From the IMG/VR virus record IMGVR_UViG_3300025407_000887: a stretch of DNA of 64,000 bases; one strand, 5' to 3'. This document shows, in pieces, positions 50,196-59,485 of this stretch. Positions within the stretch are counted from its first letter, which is position 1; every line of letters begins with the position of its first letter. A program made the position numbers and the translations under genes. The notes beneath the pieces were generated by a model, which saw only the letters and a list, made by a program, of their open reading frames with translations, was not told the origin of the DNA and did not search any database. Source of the DNA: an uncultured virus (IMG/VR IMGVR_UViG_3300025407_000887). Lineage: Duplodnaviria > Heunggongvirae > Uroviricota > Caudoviricetes.

Positions 50196-51895
50196 ATAAA
50201 AATTTAACAGCTACTCAGAATGATTATGCGTACTTCCTGCCGGCAACGTCGGGATTCTTTAGTACATACATAGGTAAACAACGGTATGGCAACTATGTTG
50301 ATCCTGCACGTATTCCTGCTAGCTTTGGACCCATGGGGGTTGAAGCAATGAACTATCTAAATCCCAAAGCGGCATTTTACTTTGACCATTGTTTGTACTC
50401 AGCTGGACATGCTAATTTAGATTTGACTAAACCTGATCCAAGCGAAGATATGTTTCGCAATAGAGATCGTAGTACTAGTTGGGTACTAGGAGATTCAGGC
50501 GGATTCCAAATTGGTAAAGGTGTGTGGGCCGGTGAATGGCGAGATCCGCTTGGACCAGAAGTTGCGGCCAAATGGATAGAAGTTAATGCAAAAGGTGTTG
50601 AGCTCGTTCCACAACTAGATGCCACAGGTAATCCTAAATTAGACAAGAATGGAAATCCTAAAATGTCTAAAATTGATCATCCAAAATTGTATCAAGCACA
50701 GTTAGATGCGGCACAAAAGAAACGTGAACAAGTTCTTGCTTGGATGGACGCCTTAATGGATTATGGCATGGTACTTGATATTCCTGCATGGGTTGAACGT
50801 AGTCCTGTTGGACGTGCGGCCACTGGTATTGAAAGTTATCAACAGGCTGTAGCGGCAACCAAGTATAACAATGAATATTTCATTAAACATCGCACAGGTG
50901 CTTGTAAATTCTTAAATGTATTACAAGGTGAAAATCACGCACAGGCAGAAGACTGGTATCAACAAATGAAAGACTTTTGCGATCCTAAGAAATATGACAA
51001 ACCATTTAATGGTTGGGCTATGGGCGGACAAAATATGTGCGATATTCACTTGACGTTAAAACGTCTAGTGGCGTTACGCTTTGATGGACTTCTTGAAAAA
51101 GGACATCAGGACTGGATGCATTTCTTGGGCACCAGTAAGTTAGAGTGGGCATTAATTTTAACCGACATACAACGTGCTATAAGGAAATATCATAATGAAA
51201 ACTTTACCATCTCTTTTGATTGCGCCTCGCCGTTCCTTGCAACAGCAAATGGACAAATCTATGTCCAAACAGAAATTACCGATAGAGAAAAATGGCTCTA
51301 CCGCATGTTGCCGTCTCTTGATGACAAAAAGTACGCTCAAGACACAAGACTCTTCCAAGACGTAGTAGTACAAGACGGACATTTTGATAGTTTTACCACA
51401 AGCCCTATCATGGATGGTGTCAAAGTTAACGAAATTTGTATCTATGGTCCAAATGATATGAATAAAATTGGTAAGATTGGCAAGACTAGTTGGGATAGTT
51501 TTACCTATGCTATCATGATGGGACATAATGTTTGGATGCATATCAATGCTGTACAGGAAGCCAATCGTCAATATGATGCAGGTAAGTGTCCGACTATGCT
51601 GGTACAAGAAAAATTTGATAGGCTTTATGCTAAAGATGTAATCGAAGCTATATTTGCTACAGATGATCGAGATACTGCCAACGCTATTATTGATGAATTT
51701 AGTAAATTTTGGATGGCTATTCCCGGAACACGTGGCTATACTGGTAAAAAGACAGTTAATGCTACTACCAAATATTTCGAATTGTTTGACGAAGTAGACG
51801 CAACGAGTGTACAATTAGAAGATGAACCAGACTTTTCTGAAGAAGTTAGTGACAAACTTGACGAACTCGAGGCCAGTGTACATGACATTACCTGA
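50192..51895 (+). CDS. tRNA-guanine transglycosylase-fold protein (DpdA/TGT-like)
   Basis: GDSGGFQ, MVLDIP, NVLQG, GWAMGG, HFLG, SFDCASP in TGT barrel order; no CxCxxC Zn motif seen. Confidence 0.8.
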   Translation: MNKNLTATQNDYAYFLPATSGFFSTYIGKQRYGNYVDPARIPASFGPMGVEAMNYLNPKAAFYFDHCLYSAGHANLDLTKPDPSEDMFRNRDRSTSWVLGDSGGFQIGKGVWAGEWRDPLGPEVAAKWIEVNAKGVELVPQLDATGNPKLDKNGNPKMSKIDHPKLYQAQLDAAQKKREQVLAWMDALMDYGMVLDIPAWVERSPVGRAATGIESYQQAVAATKYNNEYFIKHRTGACKFLNVLQGENHAQAEDWYQQMKDFCDPKKYDKPFNGWAMGGQNMCDIHLTLKRLVALRFDGLLEKGHQDWMHFLGTSKLEWALILTDIQRAIRKYHNENFTISFDCASPFLATANGQIYVQTEITDREKWLYRMLPSLDDKKYAQDTRLFQDVVVQDGHFDSFTTSPIMDGVKVNEICIYGPNDMNKIGKIGKTSWDSFTYAIMMGHNVWMHINAVQEANRQYDAGKCPTMLVQEKFDRLYAKDVIEAIFATDDRDTANAIIDEFSKFWMAIPGTRGYTGKKTVNATTKYFELFDEVDATSVQLEDEPDFSEEVSDKLDELEASVHDIT

Positions 51896-52142
51896 TGAAC
51901 GCTTTAGAAGTATACAGCGAACAGAAGAATTTTTACAGGATTTAATGAATCCTCAAAAGACTCCACGTATTCCAAAAGAAGTACGTGAGCAAGCTCGTTG
52001 GTGTTTGCGTCATTATCCTAGCTATCATAATTTAAAAGAAATCGAACGTGCGGCTCCAGAAGTTATAACCGAACGGATGGAAGATGTACAACGTATGATT
52101 AAGTATTGGGAAGAAGGGAAGAAGTTTACAAATGAAAACTAG
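51882..52142 (+). CDS. Small conserved hypothetical protein (BPSL0761-like)
   Basis: MTLPDERFRS...PRIPKEVREQARWCLRHYP. Confidence 0.6.
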   Translation: MTLPDERFRSIQRTEEFLQDLMNPQKTPRIPKEVREQARWCLRHYPSYHNLKEIERAAPEVITERMEDVQRMIKYWEEGKKFTNEN

Positions 52143-53013
52143 TCTTGTTGTAGGCATGGGTATTGGCAATCTATATGCTACCGTATTAGGTAAACTTGGT
52201 CACGGTATTGTTACTGTAGATAGCGATCCTGCTAAAGGTGCAGACTTTTTAACAGTGGATGCGGCTATTGTAGCATGTCATATGTTTGATACAGTACATA
52301 TTTGTACTCCTAATTTTACACACTTTGATATTGCTACTAAGGTTGCTAAATGTTCTAGTATGGTGTTTATCGAAAAACCTGGCGTCAGCACTAGTAATAT
52401 ATGGTATACCTTAGTTAAGACATTTCCAAGTACACGCTTTATGATGGTTAAAAACAATATGTGGCGTAGTAATATTACCGAATTATCAGAATCAGCAAGG
52501 CGAGCTAAGTCCGTAAATATCGAATGGACACGTAAGAACTGTATACCTAGTCCCGGCAGTTGGTTTACTACACGCAAACTGGCTTTTGGCGGAGTTAGTC
52601 GAGACTTAATGCCTCACTTGCTAAGTCTATATATTGCTATGAATCCTGATTGGCGCAAGGATCAAGTAAATGGTCGAGGCGCACAGATGATGTGGGAACT
52701 AAAAGACATAGATAGTACAGAGTATGGCGTTGTTAATCCGAATGGCACATACGATGTGGATGACAAGTGTAATATAAACTTTGGTAATAAATGGCATTGT
52801 AGTGCTAATTGGCGAAGTATGGACTATGAAAATAGTGCCATAGAGTTTATAATGCAAGATAACACAGTAGAACGTTTTGATTTAGGTTGGTGTCCGGAAG
52901 ATGCTTACCTAAATATGATTAAAGATGCTGTTGAAAACCTAAATAACGATAACTTCTGGCAAAAACAACTAGAACAAGATATATGGATACACAAACAAAT
53001 CGAAGTTTTATGA
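52132..53013 (+). CDS. Gfo/Idh/MocA family oxidoreductase
   Basis: VVGMGIG, ICTPNFTH, IEKP, GGVSRDLMPH. Confidence 0.85.
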   Translation: MKTSLVVGMGIGNLYATVLGKLGHGIVTVDSDPAKGADFLTVDAAIVACHMFDTVHICTPNFTHFDIATKVAKCSSMVFIEKPGVSTSNIWYTLVKTFPSTRFMMVKNNMWRSNITELSESARRAKSVNIEWTRKNCIPSPGSWFTTRKLAFGGVSRDLMPHLLSLYIAMNPDWRKDQVNGRGAQMMWELKDIDSTEYGVVNPNGTYDVDDKCNINFGNKWHCSANWRSMDYENSAIEFIMQDNTVERFDLGWCPEDAYLNMIKDAVENLNNDNFWQKQLEQDIWIHKQIEVL

Positions 53014-53915
53014 TGGTTAAATGTTTACAAACTGTCGGCGACGGTGTATTCAAAGAAGTAGATTATGCCAAAAACGATATAGCATTTAACGAAATTGAAG
53101 TTAAAGCAGTTATGACTGGTGTTTGTCGCAGTGACATCGACATGATGATGGGCGATTTCGGGCCACTACCATTGCACATGCAAGGGCACGAAGGTATCGG
53201 TCAAGTGACTAATATTGGTTCTCAAGTACGAACAGTTAATATCGGTGACTTTGTTGCTACACGTGGTGAACCGGCCTATGCCGACTACTACAATGTTAAA
53301 GAAGATGAATATGTTAAAATTCCCGAAGCACATCCTCGTTACATTTTAGAACCTGTAGCTTGTGGCATTAATCTTATTAATCAATCTAAGACGTATTTCC
53401 AGGACAAGCAAGGCAGAAATGAAAATAACAGAGTACTAATTATTGGCAGTGGGTTTCTTGCCTGGGTAGCTTATCATACACTACGGCTAAATGGTTATAT
53501 CTTCCACGTGGATGTGCTAGGACATAGTAATCGAGCCCTATGGAAGGATAAACTATTGTCCAGTACTATTGAAAACTATGATATTGTTATCGATCTAAGT
53601 GGTAACTATGAGCTAGGTACACAGATTAACCTAAATAACAATGCGGTCATTATCGACGGAGTTGGCAAGGCTGTTAGCAAACAAGAAGCACAGGCTCAAC
53701 TTTGGAAGGCTGTTACTACCATCAAACCAAGTCCACGCAATCCAGAATTTATAGATTGTATGCATATGGCAAAATATTGGATTGAAAAAGGCTACTTAGA
53801 GGTTGATTCTTTTTGGACAAGATGTTACAATCGTACTACAGAATGGCAACAAGCGTTTGCGGACGGCGTTAATCGTCCGAAGGGTTACAGCAGAGGTTAT
53901 ATCAAATGGGATTAA
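53010..53915 (+). CDS. Zn-dependent medium-chain (sugar/polyol) dehydrogenase
   Basis: GVCRSD, GHEGIG, LEPVAC, IIGSGFL. Confidence 0.85.
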   Translation: MMVKCLQTVGDGVFKEVDYAKNDIAFNEIEVKAVMTGVCRSDIDMMMGDFGPLPLHMQGHEGIGQVTNIGSQVRTVNIGDFVATRGEPAYADYYNVKEDEYVKIPEAHPRYILEPVACGINLINQSKTYFQDKQGRNENNRVLIIGSGFLAWVAYHTLRLNGYIFHVDVLGHSNRALWKDKLLSSTIENYDIVIDLSGNYELGTQINLNNNAVIIDGVGKAVSKQEAQAQLWKAVTTIKPSPRNPEFIDCMHMAKYWIEKGYLEVDSFWTRCYNRTTEWQQAFADGVNRPKGYSRGYIKWD

Positions 53916-54445
53916 ACACAGAAGAACGACAAGGTGTCGTTTACTTTACAGGTTATGAAGTAGAGCATACTATTTGTCATGGCATGTTTACATTATTTGT
54001 TGTAGGCACGCCACCTGTAGAAGATATCCTGCGTATTGCCGATGACAGTCAAGCAATGTTAGATGAATCTAAACGTATCAAGCATATCTATTTTGGTACT
54101 AGCCAAAGTTTTAATCCTAAAGCAATTAGCCACGAAGAATATCGAGCGTGGGATAATGTTATTATTCCATGTTTAAAGAAAGACTACTGGGTGACTTTAG
54201 ATTTTGATGTCAGTCACTCTGAAGGTGTACTTGAATCTGGATACAGTGAATATCCGAGATTCGTACCTATGATTAGTGTTAAGTTACCTTACATTAATCA
54301 ACACAACTATAACGCCACACTTAAACTGGATGATCGCACTTGGGGTGCTACAAATCCAGGTGTGTGGACACATCAACTACATGATCTAATGAGTATGGAC
54401 AAATATACTCACTGGGATCAGTATACACAAGACACATCATTATGA
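53906..54445 (+). CDS. Hypothetical protein within the modification cluster
   Basis: 179-aa ORF; GYEVEHT, TLFVVG, TNPGVW. Confidence 0.65.
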   Translation: MGLNTEERQGVVYFTGYEVEHTICHGMFTLFVVGTPPVEDILRIADDSQAMLDESKRIKHIYFGTSQSFNPKAISHEEYRAWDNVIIPCLKKDYWVTLDFDVSHSEGVLESGYSEYPRFVPMISVKLPYINQHNYNATLKLDDRTWGATNPGVWTHQLHDLMSMDKYTHWDQYTQDTSL

Positions 54446-55044
54446 ATACACAAATTCGACAACTTATAGAACAGCAGATTTGTCAACCATTAGTCGGACT
54501 TATAGTTCCAACTAACCAAGGAGGAAAAGCTGGTCGCCATGTTGAACTTATACTACGAAATATGGGCGTTCCTATCCAACCCGGAGAAGGTGCCGATTTT
54601 ACGTTAGTACTTAATTTATTTAATATTACATACTATGTAGAAGTTAAGACTAGAGATGTATCTGCTACAAGTCCTCATACTATTGGAACTATACATCCTT
54701 CAAAAGTTGCCAATACATTATATGAAGATTCAAGCATTTGGCAAAAATTACAATATCAGATAAGAGTTACTACAGAAAATTTTAAAATTATCAAAGCTGA
54801 ATTATTTGATTTTACAGTTCCACATATTCAACAAAAATTTAAAGAAGCATTTATTCACGGAAAAGATCAAATTGTTTCTAACACAGCCTTAAGTTGTACA
54901 CATGTCAAAGGTCATTGGGGATATTTTGAAAAATGTAATTCTAGATCCGATAGTTTTTACTTTAGATTAAGTAAAGATGATATGCCAGCAATAGAAAGAA
55001 TGTCCCGTTCAAATTATCAAAACCTTTTTGAGGAAACTATATGA
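54442..55044 (+). CDS. PD-(D/E)xK nuclease, restriction-endonuclease-like (MvaI/BcnI/MutH-like pattern)
   Basis: GKAGRHVE...GADF...VEVKT. Confidence 0.5.
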   Translation: MNTQIRQLIEQQICQPLVGLIVPTNQGGKAGRHVELILRNMGVPIQPGEGADFTLVLNLFNITYYVEVKTRDVSATSPHTIGTIHPSKVANTLYEDSSIWQKLQYQIRVTTENFKIIKAELFDFTVPHIQQKFKEAFIHGKDQIVSNTALSCTHVKGHWGYFEKCNSRSDSFYFRLSKDDMPAIERMSRSNYQNLFEETI

Positions 55045-55439
55045 CACAAAGTACACTACGTCAAGACTGGCGACCAAACAAGATGATCTGGGTCACCTTC
55101 CAAAAAGAAGGCATCCATGCTTATCCAGCGGCCGCAACTGATCCAAACTTAGCAACAGGAGATGAATATGATGTATCGTTTTTGGCTACTCCTCATCGTC
55201 ATATATTCCATTTTCGTGTTTGGCTTTCAGTTACCCACAACGACCGTGATGTCGAATTCATCCAGTTCAAACGCTGGTTGGAAAATTTATACAAAGACAG
55301 TATACTAAAACTGGATTATAAAAGTTGCGAGATGATGTCAGACGATTTGTATGACATGATTTCACAAAAGTATCCAAGCCGTGAGGTTTGGATTGAGGTC
55401 TCCGAAGACGGAGAAAATGGTTCATTTATTAAATATTAA
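55041..55439 (+). CDS. T-fold QueD-like protein, candidate DpdL-type CDG decarboxylase
   Basis: GIHAYP, LATPHRHIF (LxxxHRHxF), SCEMM, VSEDGENG. Confidence 0.7.
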   Translation: MTQSTLRQDWRPNKMIWVTFQKEGIHAYPAAATDPNLATGDEYDVSFLATPHRHIFHFRVWLSVTHNDRDVEFIQFKRWLENLYKDSILKLDYKSCEMMSDDLYDMISQKYPSREVWIEVSEDGENGSFIKY

Positions 55440-55450
55440 GGAAAGCTATA

Positions 55451-55708
55451 ATGGCTAAGAATTACAAGGACTTTAGTTATTTCGAAACACGTCCCGATAT
55501 TGTTAAATTATTTGATGATCTCGAGGCATTCCATGATTGGTGCCGTACAGAACTCTGCGAGTTTAACGAAGCTCACCTCTACAACAGAGAAAGCTGGCAG
55601 TGGCGTAACTTCGACAAGACACGTCGTCCTAAGAAGCCTTTCACAGGCGAACGTAAACCTTATCTAGGTAAAAATCCGAGATACAATAATGACCGTATTT
55701 CTAATTGA
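55451..55708 (+). CDS. Hypothetical protein
   Basis: 85-aa ORF with AAGGA SD. Confidence 0.65.
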   Translation: MAKNYKDFSYFETRPDIVKLFDDLEAFHDWCRTELCEFNEAHLYNRESWQWRNFDKTRRPKKPFTGERKPYLGKNPRYNNDRISN

Positions 55709-56789
55709 TTTAGAAGCTGTTGAAACTAGGTACACGGGTCAATGGAAGACTCATGTACCTGCTCTCTTACGAAAGGCAGGACACAATGTTCAAATTATAT
55801 CTGGGCCTACGGATATTCCTACAGCCACTACTCCTGGTGCTTTTCTTAATTTTGGCGGCACCAATATATATAAGTCTCGACAAGTGGAACAAATGGGGCG
55901 TCTATTTTGCTCCGGATCAGTTCAGCCTGGCGATCATTTCATCTTCACTGATGCTTGGCACCCTGGTATCATAAACTTAAAGTATATGAGTGAGTTGTTG
56001 CAAATTCCTGTAACAACACACGGCCTATGGCATGCTGGCAGTTATGATCCTCAAGATTTCTTAGGACGTCTAGTCGGTGCTAAACCTTGGGTTAGACACG
56101 CTGAACAAAGTTTTTATCATGCGTTTGATCATAATTACTTTGCTACTAAATTTCATATGGAATTATTCTTTAGAGAATTACTCAACGGAGGATTTCAAAA
56201 TGAAAATCCTTGGTATGAAGAAGATTTAGCCGAAGTATTAGACAGTAAATTTCCCAAGATGCAACAAACAGGGTGGCCGATGGAGTATATGGAAGATATA
56301 CTACTCATGTATAAGAACATGCCCAAGCGTAATCTAATTCTTTTCCCTCATCGCATCGCACCCGAGAAGCAAGTTGAGATTTTCAGAGACTTAGCTACGC
56401 ATTTACCGCAGTATGAATTTGTAGTGTGTCAGGATCAACAGCTAACAAAAAATGAATATCATAACTTGTTAGGCGAAGCAAAGATGGTGTTTAGTGCTAA
56501 CTTACAAGAAACACTAGGCATTAGTTGCTATGAAGGTGCGGTAGTTGATGCTATTCCGCTAGTACCCGATAGACTTAGTTACAGCGAAATGTATTATGAA
56601 GGATTTAAATATCCAAGCAAATGGACAGAAGATTTTAATGCTTATACTGTATATCGTCCCGATCTGTGTCGTAAGATTATAGAGTTAATGGACAATCATA
56701 CACGCATGATTCCCACTGTTCGAAAACAAACAAAGGACTTACATGACAACTTCTTCAGTGCTAACAAACTCCTTCAATTGGTCAAGTGA
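55689..56789 (+). CDS. GT-B fold (group 1-like) glycosyltransferase
   Basis: FPHRIAPEKQ, QETLGISCYEG (E-x7-E), VPDRLSYSEMY. Confidence 0.8.
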   Translation: MTVFLIDLEAVETRYTGQWKTHVPALLRKAGHNVQIISGPTDIPTATTPGAFLNFGGTNIYKSRQVEQMGRLFCSGSVQPGDHFIFTDAWHPGIINLKYMSELLQIPVTTHGLWHAGSYDPQDFLGRLVGAKPWVRHAEQSFYHAFDHNYFATKFHMELFFRELLNGGFQNENPWYEEDLAEVLDSKFPKMQQTGWPMEYMEDILLMYKNMPKRNLILFPHRIAPEKQVEIFRDLATHLPQYEFVVCQDQQLTKNEYHNLLGEAKMVFSANLQETLGISCYEGAVVDAIPLVPDRLSYSEMYYEGFKYPSKWTEDFNAYTVYRPDLCRKIIELMDNHTRMIPTVRKQTKDLHDNFFSANKLLQLVK

Positions 56790-57177
56790 TTCTGTTGGTA
56801 TAACAGCTCAAGAAATACAACCGTTAACGTCTGATCAAATATCTGCCCTAAGTAATATTACTATTAATAGTACTACAGGGTCTAGTTATTACTATACAGG
56901 TGCAGGAATATCGAGTGGTAATGCTTTTACCATTAGTAGTACTGGTGCTGTTTCAGGTACTATCGGTTCGGGTCCTACTATTACTCTTACAGGTTCAGCA
57001 GGCTACGAATATAAGATGCCTATAGAATTTGTAGATACATTGCCCGATATAAGTAGAATACAAAAAATGTGCGATGAATATCCTGGATTAAAAATAGCAT
57101 TTGAAAAATTTAAAACAACTTATCAACTAGTGAAAGACCATTATGATACTCCAGAAGATCAAAGACCTCGTCCTTAA
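56743..57177 (+). CDS. Hypothetical protein with S/T/G-rich N-terminus
   Basis: ORF; C-terminal YPGLKIAFEKF helix. Confidence 0.55.
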   Translation: MTTSSVLTNSFNWSSDSVGITAQEIQPLTSDQISALSNITINSTTGSSYYYTGAGISSGNAFTISSTGAVSGTIGSGPTITLTGSAGYEYKMPIEFVDTLPDISRIQKMCDEYPGLKIAFEKFKTTYQLVKDHYDTPEDQRPRP

Positions 57178-57634
57178 TTGGCTTGAACGCCATGACCGTA
57201 AACGCATCATTATGGATCGTGCAGAGAACGAACCATATCTCGAACGTTACTATGTTCTATTCAAAGAACGTGTAACATTCCCTTACAACGTATTTTTACA
57301 CAAGTTCTTAAAATCAGATCCAGATGATGTTCATGATCATCCTTGGAACTATTTTACTATTATTCTTGCTGGCGGCTACTATGAGTGGATCGCTCAATTT
57401 AACGAAGATGGTACAAAGAACTGTGAAGTAAGAGTATGGCGTGGCCCCGGCAGTTTCCGTTTTGGTAACACACATACCTTCCATCGTATTGAATTAAAAG
57501 AAGGCGTTACTCCATGGACATTGTTCTTTGTGGGCAAACGCCAACGCGAGTGGGGATTTATTGTAGAAAATAAATGGATCCACTTTGAAAAATATTTAAG
57601 TGATAGAAAGAATGGCCTACTTCCCAACAATTAA
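57143..57634 (+). CDS. Cupin-fold protein
   Basis: HDHPW, GGYYE, FHRIEL, WTLF. Confidence 0.7.
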   Translation: MILQKIKDLVLNWLERHDRKRIIMDRAENEPYLERYYVLFKERVTFPYNVFLHKFLKSDPDDVHDHPWNYFTIILAGGYYEWIAQFNEDGTKNCEVRVWRGPGSFRFGNTHTFHRIELKEGVTPWTLFFVGKRQREWGFIVENKWIHFEKYLSDRKNGLLPNN

Positions 57635-58004
57635 TACAACTGCTACTTCAGTATATACTAATGGTACCAGCACAGCTACTATACCAAATGGTGGTTATTT
57701 AACGTCGACTGGAACTAACACTGTCTGGACTACTGGTACTAGTGTTGCCAATCCTTATGATGCCGCACTGACAATCAGTCAATCCAACCCGCCTACATTA
57801 GATGTCAAAGGTAATCTTGTAATAAATGGCCGCGATCTGGAAGAACGGCTAAAGACAATTGAAAAAGTCTTGCAAATTCCAGAAAGAGATGTTACACTAG
57901 AACGTAAACATCCAAAGCTAAAGAAGTTATATGATGACTACATCAATGCTTTGGGCAAATATAGAACATTTGAAGCAATTAAAGGAGATGAAGATGCAAG
58001 TTGA
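57612..58004 (+). CDS. Hypothetical protein with T/G-rich N-terminus
   Basis: ORF; C-terminal HPKLKKLYDDY helix. Confidence 0.55.
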   Translation: MAYFPTINTTATSVYTNGTSTATIPNGGYLTSTGTNTVWTTGTSVANPYDAALTISQSNPPTLDVKGNLVINGRDLEERLKTIEKVLQIPERDVTLERKHPKLKKLYDDYINALGKYRTFEAIKGDEDAS

Positions 58005-58233
58005 ACAATTACACGAATCAATTAAAGATACCTACAAAGAAATAGTTATCAAAGAACAAGAAGGTTTTCGACTTGTGTTAAAGAAACACGAAGTACTTGC
58101 TCCAAAAGGTTTGTTTGCTCTTGATTTAGAACAGCAACATTTAAAAGATGGCGAAGTTGTTGACTCACAAACATATAATTTCTTTATGACTAAGGAAGAA
58201 TGCCAAACATTGGCAAGTGGCCTAACAGCATGA
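57994..58233 (+). CDS. Hypothetical protein
   Basis: GGAG SD before ATG 57994. Confidence 0.6.
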   Translation: MQVEQLHESIKDTYKEIVIKEQEGFRLVLKKHEVLAPKGLFALDLEQQHLKDGEVVDSQTYNFFMTKEECQTLASGLTA

Positions 58234-58721
58234 AAAAAATCCACTACACTTGGCAACAAGTCGAAGGAGCGGTATTAGATATCGCTCGCCAAATGTCGGC
58301 ACACTATTGGCGTCCCGACTATATTGTAGGTATAACCCGCGGTGGACTTGTGCCAGCTAATTTATTAAGTCAGTATACCGGTATTCCGATGAAATCGTTA
58401 GACGTAAGTCTACGCGACGGAGGAGATTGTGTTAGTAACTGTAATATGGCCGAAGATGCTTATGAAGGTAAACGGATTCTTGTTGTTGATGACATCAATG
58501 ATCAAGGATCTACTGTCGCTTGGATTAAAAAAGATTGGCAATCTAGTTGTTTACCCGGTGAGACCCAATGGCAATATGTTTGGGGCGATACAGTTCGCTT
58601 TGCAGTTTTAACACACAACCTCAGCAGTGAATTCAAAGACCCAGACTATTATGTTTGGTCTGTAAACAAAGCAGAAGAAGACTGCTGGTTAGTTTATCCT
58701 TGGGAGGATTTTTGGTTATGA
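58230..58721 (+). CDS. Type I phosphoribosyltransferase (Gpt/Hpt-like)
   Basis: VGITRGGLVPA, ILVVDDINDQGST PRPP-binding loop, VYPWE. Confidence 0.88.
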   Translation: MKKIHYTWQQVEGAVLDIARQMSAHYWRPDYIVGITRGGLVPANLLSQYTGIPMKSLDVSLRDGGDCVSNCNMAEDAYEGKRILVVDDINDQGSTVAWIKKDWQSSCLPGETQWQYVWGDTVRFAVLTHNLSSEFKDPDYYVWSVNKAEEDCWLVYPWEDFWL

Positions 58722-58915
58722 CTATGACTTCAGCATTAATAAAACTTACATTTGGTATTGCATTTATTGTAATTGCAGTTGTATTTGGACCCCTTGTAGG
58801 TATTTGGAGTTTGAATACTTTATTTCCAGTATTAAATATCCCATTTACTTGGCAAACTTGGTTAGCTTTCAATGTATTATTTGGAGGCAGTCTTGCTACG
58901 AGGTTAAAGAAATGA
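58718..58915 (+). CDS. Small membrane protein
   Basis: Two hydrophobic helices; ATGA overlap. Confidence 0.6.
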   Translation: MTMTSALIKLTFGIAFIVIAVVFGPLVGIWSLNTLFPVLNIPFTWQTWLAFNVLFGGSLATRLKK

Positions 58916-59070
58916 ATGAGTTAACTGTTTCAGAAATTGAAGATAAGATTAAAAAAGTCGAAGAAGATTTGAGATCTGCCGATACAGAAAATGCACGTAT
59001 GGCACTAACTAGCTACATTGATTATCTTCAAGATGAATTAAAAGAAGCAAAATTAAATGGACGTTACTGA
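58912..59070 (+). CDS. Small coiled-coil hypothetical protein
   Basis: GAGG SD; ATGA overlap. Confidence 0.55.
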   Translation: MNELTVSEIEDKIKKVEEDLRSADTENARMALTSYIDYLQDELKEAKLNGRY

Positions 59071-59275
59071 TATCCTTTGGGAAATCAAAGTACCTTGGCA
59101 GGGTCAAAAAGAATATTGGTGGAATGAATTATGTGCCGATATTGTAGAAGTGTTTGGATTGCCCGGTGATAGATATACTAGTCATCCCCATACTAATTGT
59201 ATGTTTTTTCGTTTTAAATCAAAAAAAGATTACCATTTATGCAAAATACTTTTATCAGACAAAATTGGGATGTAA
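59057..59275 (+). CDS. Hypothetical protein
   Basis: WNELCA...FGLPGDRY motif; overlapping gene packing. Confidence 0.55.
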   Translation: MDVTDILWEIKVPWQGQKEYWWNELCADIVEVFGLPGDRYTSHPHTNCMFFRFKSKKDYHLCKILLSDKIGM

Positions 59276-59442
59276 TCACAATCCTTATTATAGCATTAAC
59301 TGCCTGCATCTATACAGCATGGTATGTAACTGTACATCCTGCCATTACTGTAAAATATGATTGTTCAATTTCGGAAATTAGTCCTGACTATCCTATACCT
59401 GTTAAAGAAGCATGCCGTAAACTTCGAGCACAAAATAATTGA
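59239..59442 (+). CDS. Small membrane-anchored protein
   Basis: TM helix then YDCSISEISPDYP...CRK. Confidence 0.55.
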   Translation: MQNTFIRQNWDVITILIIALTACIYTAWYVTVHPAITVKYDCSISEISPDYPIPVKEACRKLRAQNN

Positions 59443-59470
59443 CAACGACCTAAATAAACCTATATAATAA
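59439..59470 (+). promoter_or_regulatory. Sigma70-type promoter with nested late box (CTAAATA 59450-59456) upstream of folE
   Basis: TTGACA (59439-59444)-18 nt-TATAAT (59463-59468); AGGAG SD follows. Confidence 0.7.
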
Positions 59471-59485
59471 CACATAGGAGTAATA

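Noticed and set aside
51158..51814. 218-aa minus-strand ORF opposite the TGT-like gene (and similar ones at 34094, 35872, 61236)
   Set aside because: No recognisable motifs or expression signals; antisense to well-supported genes
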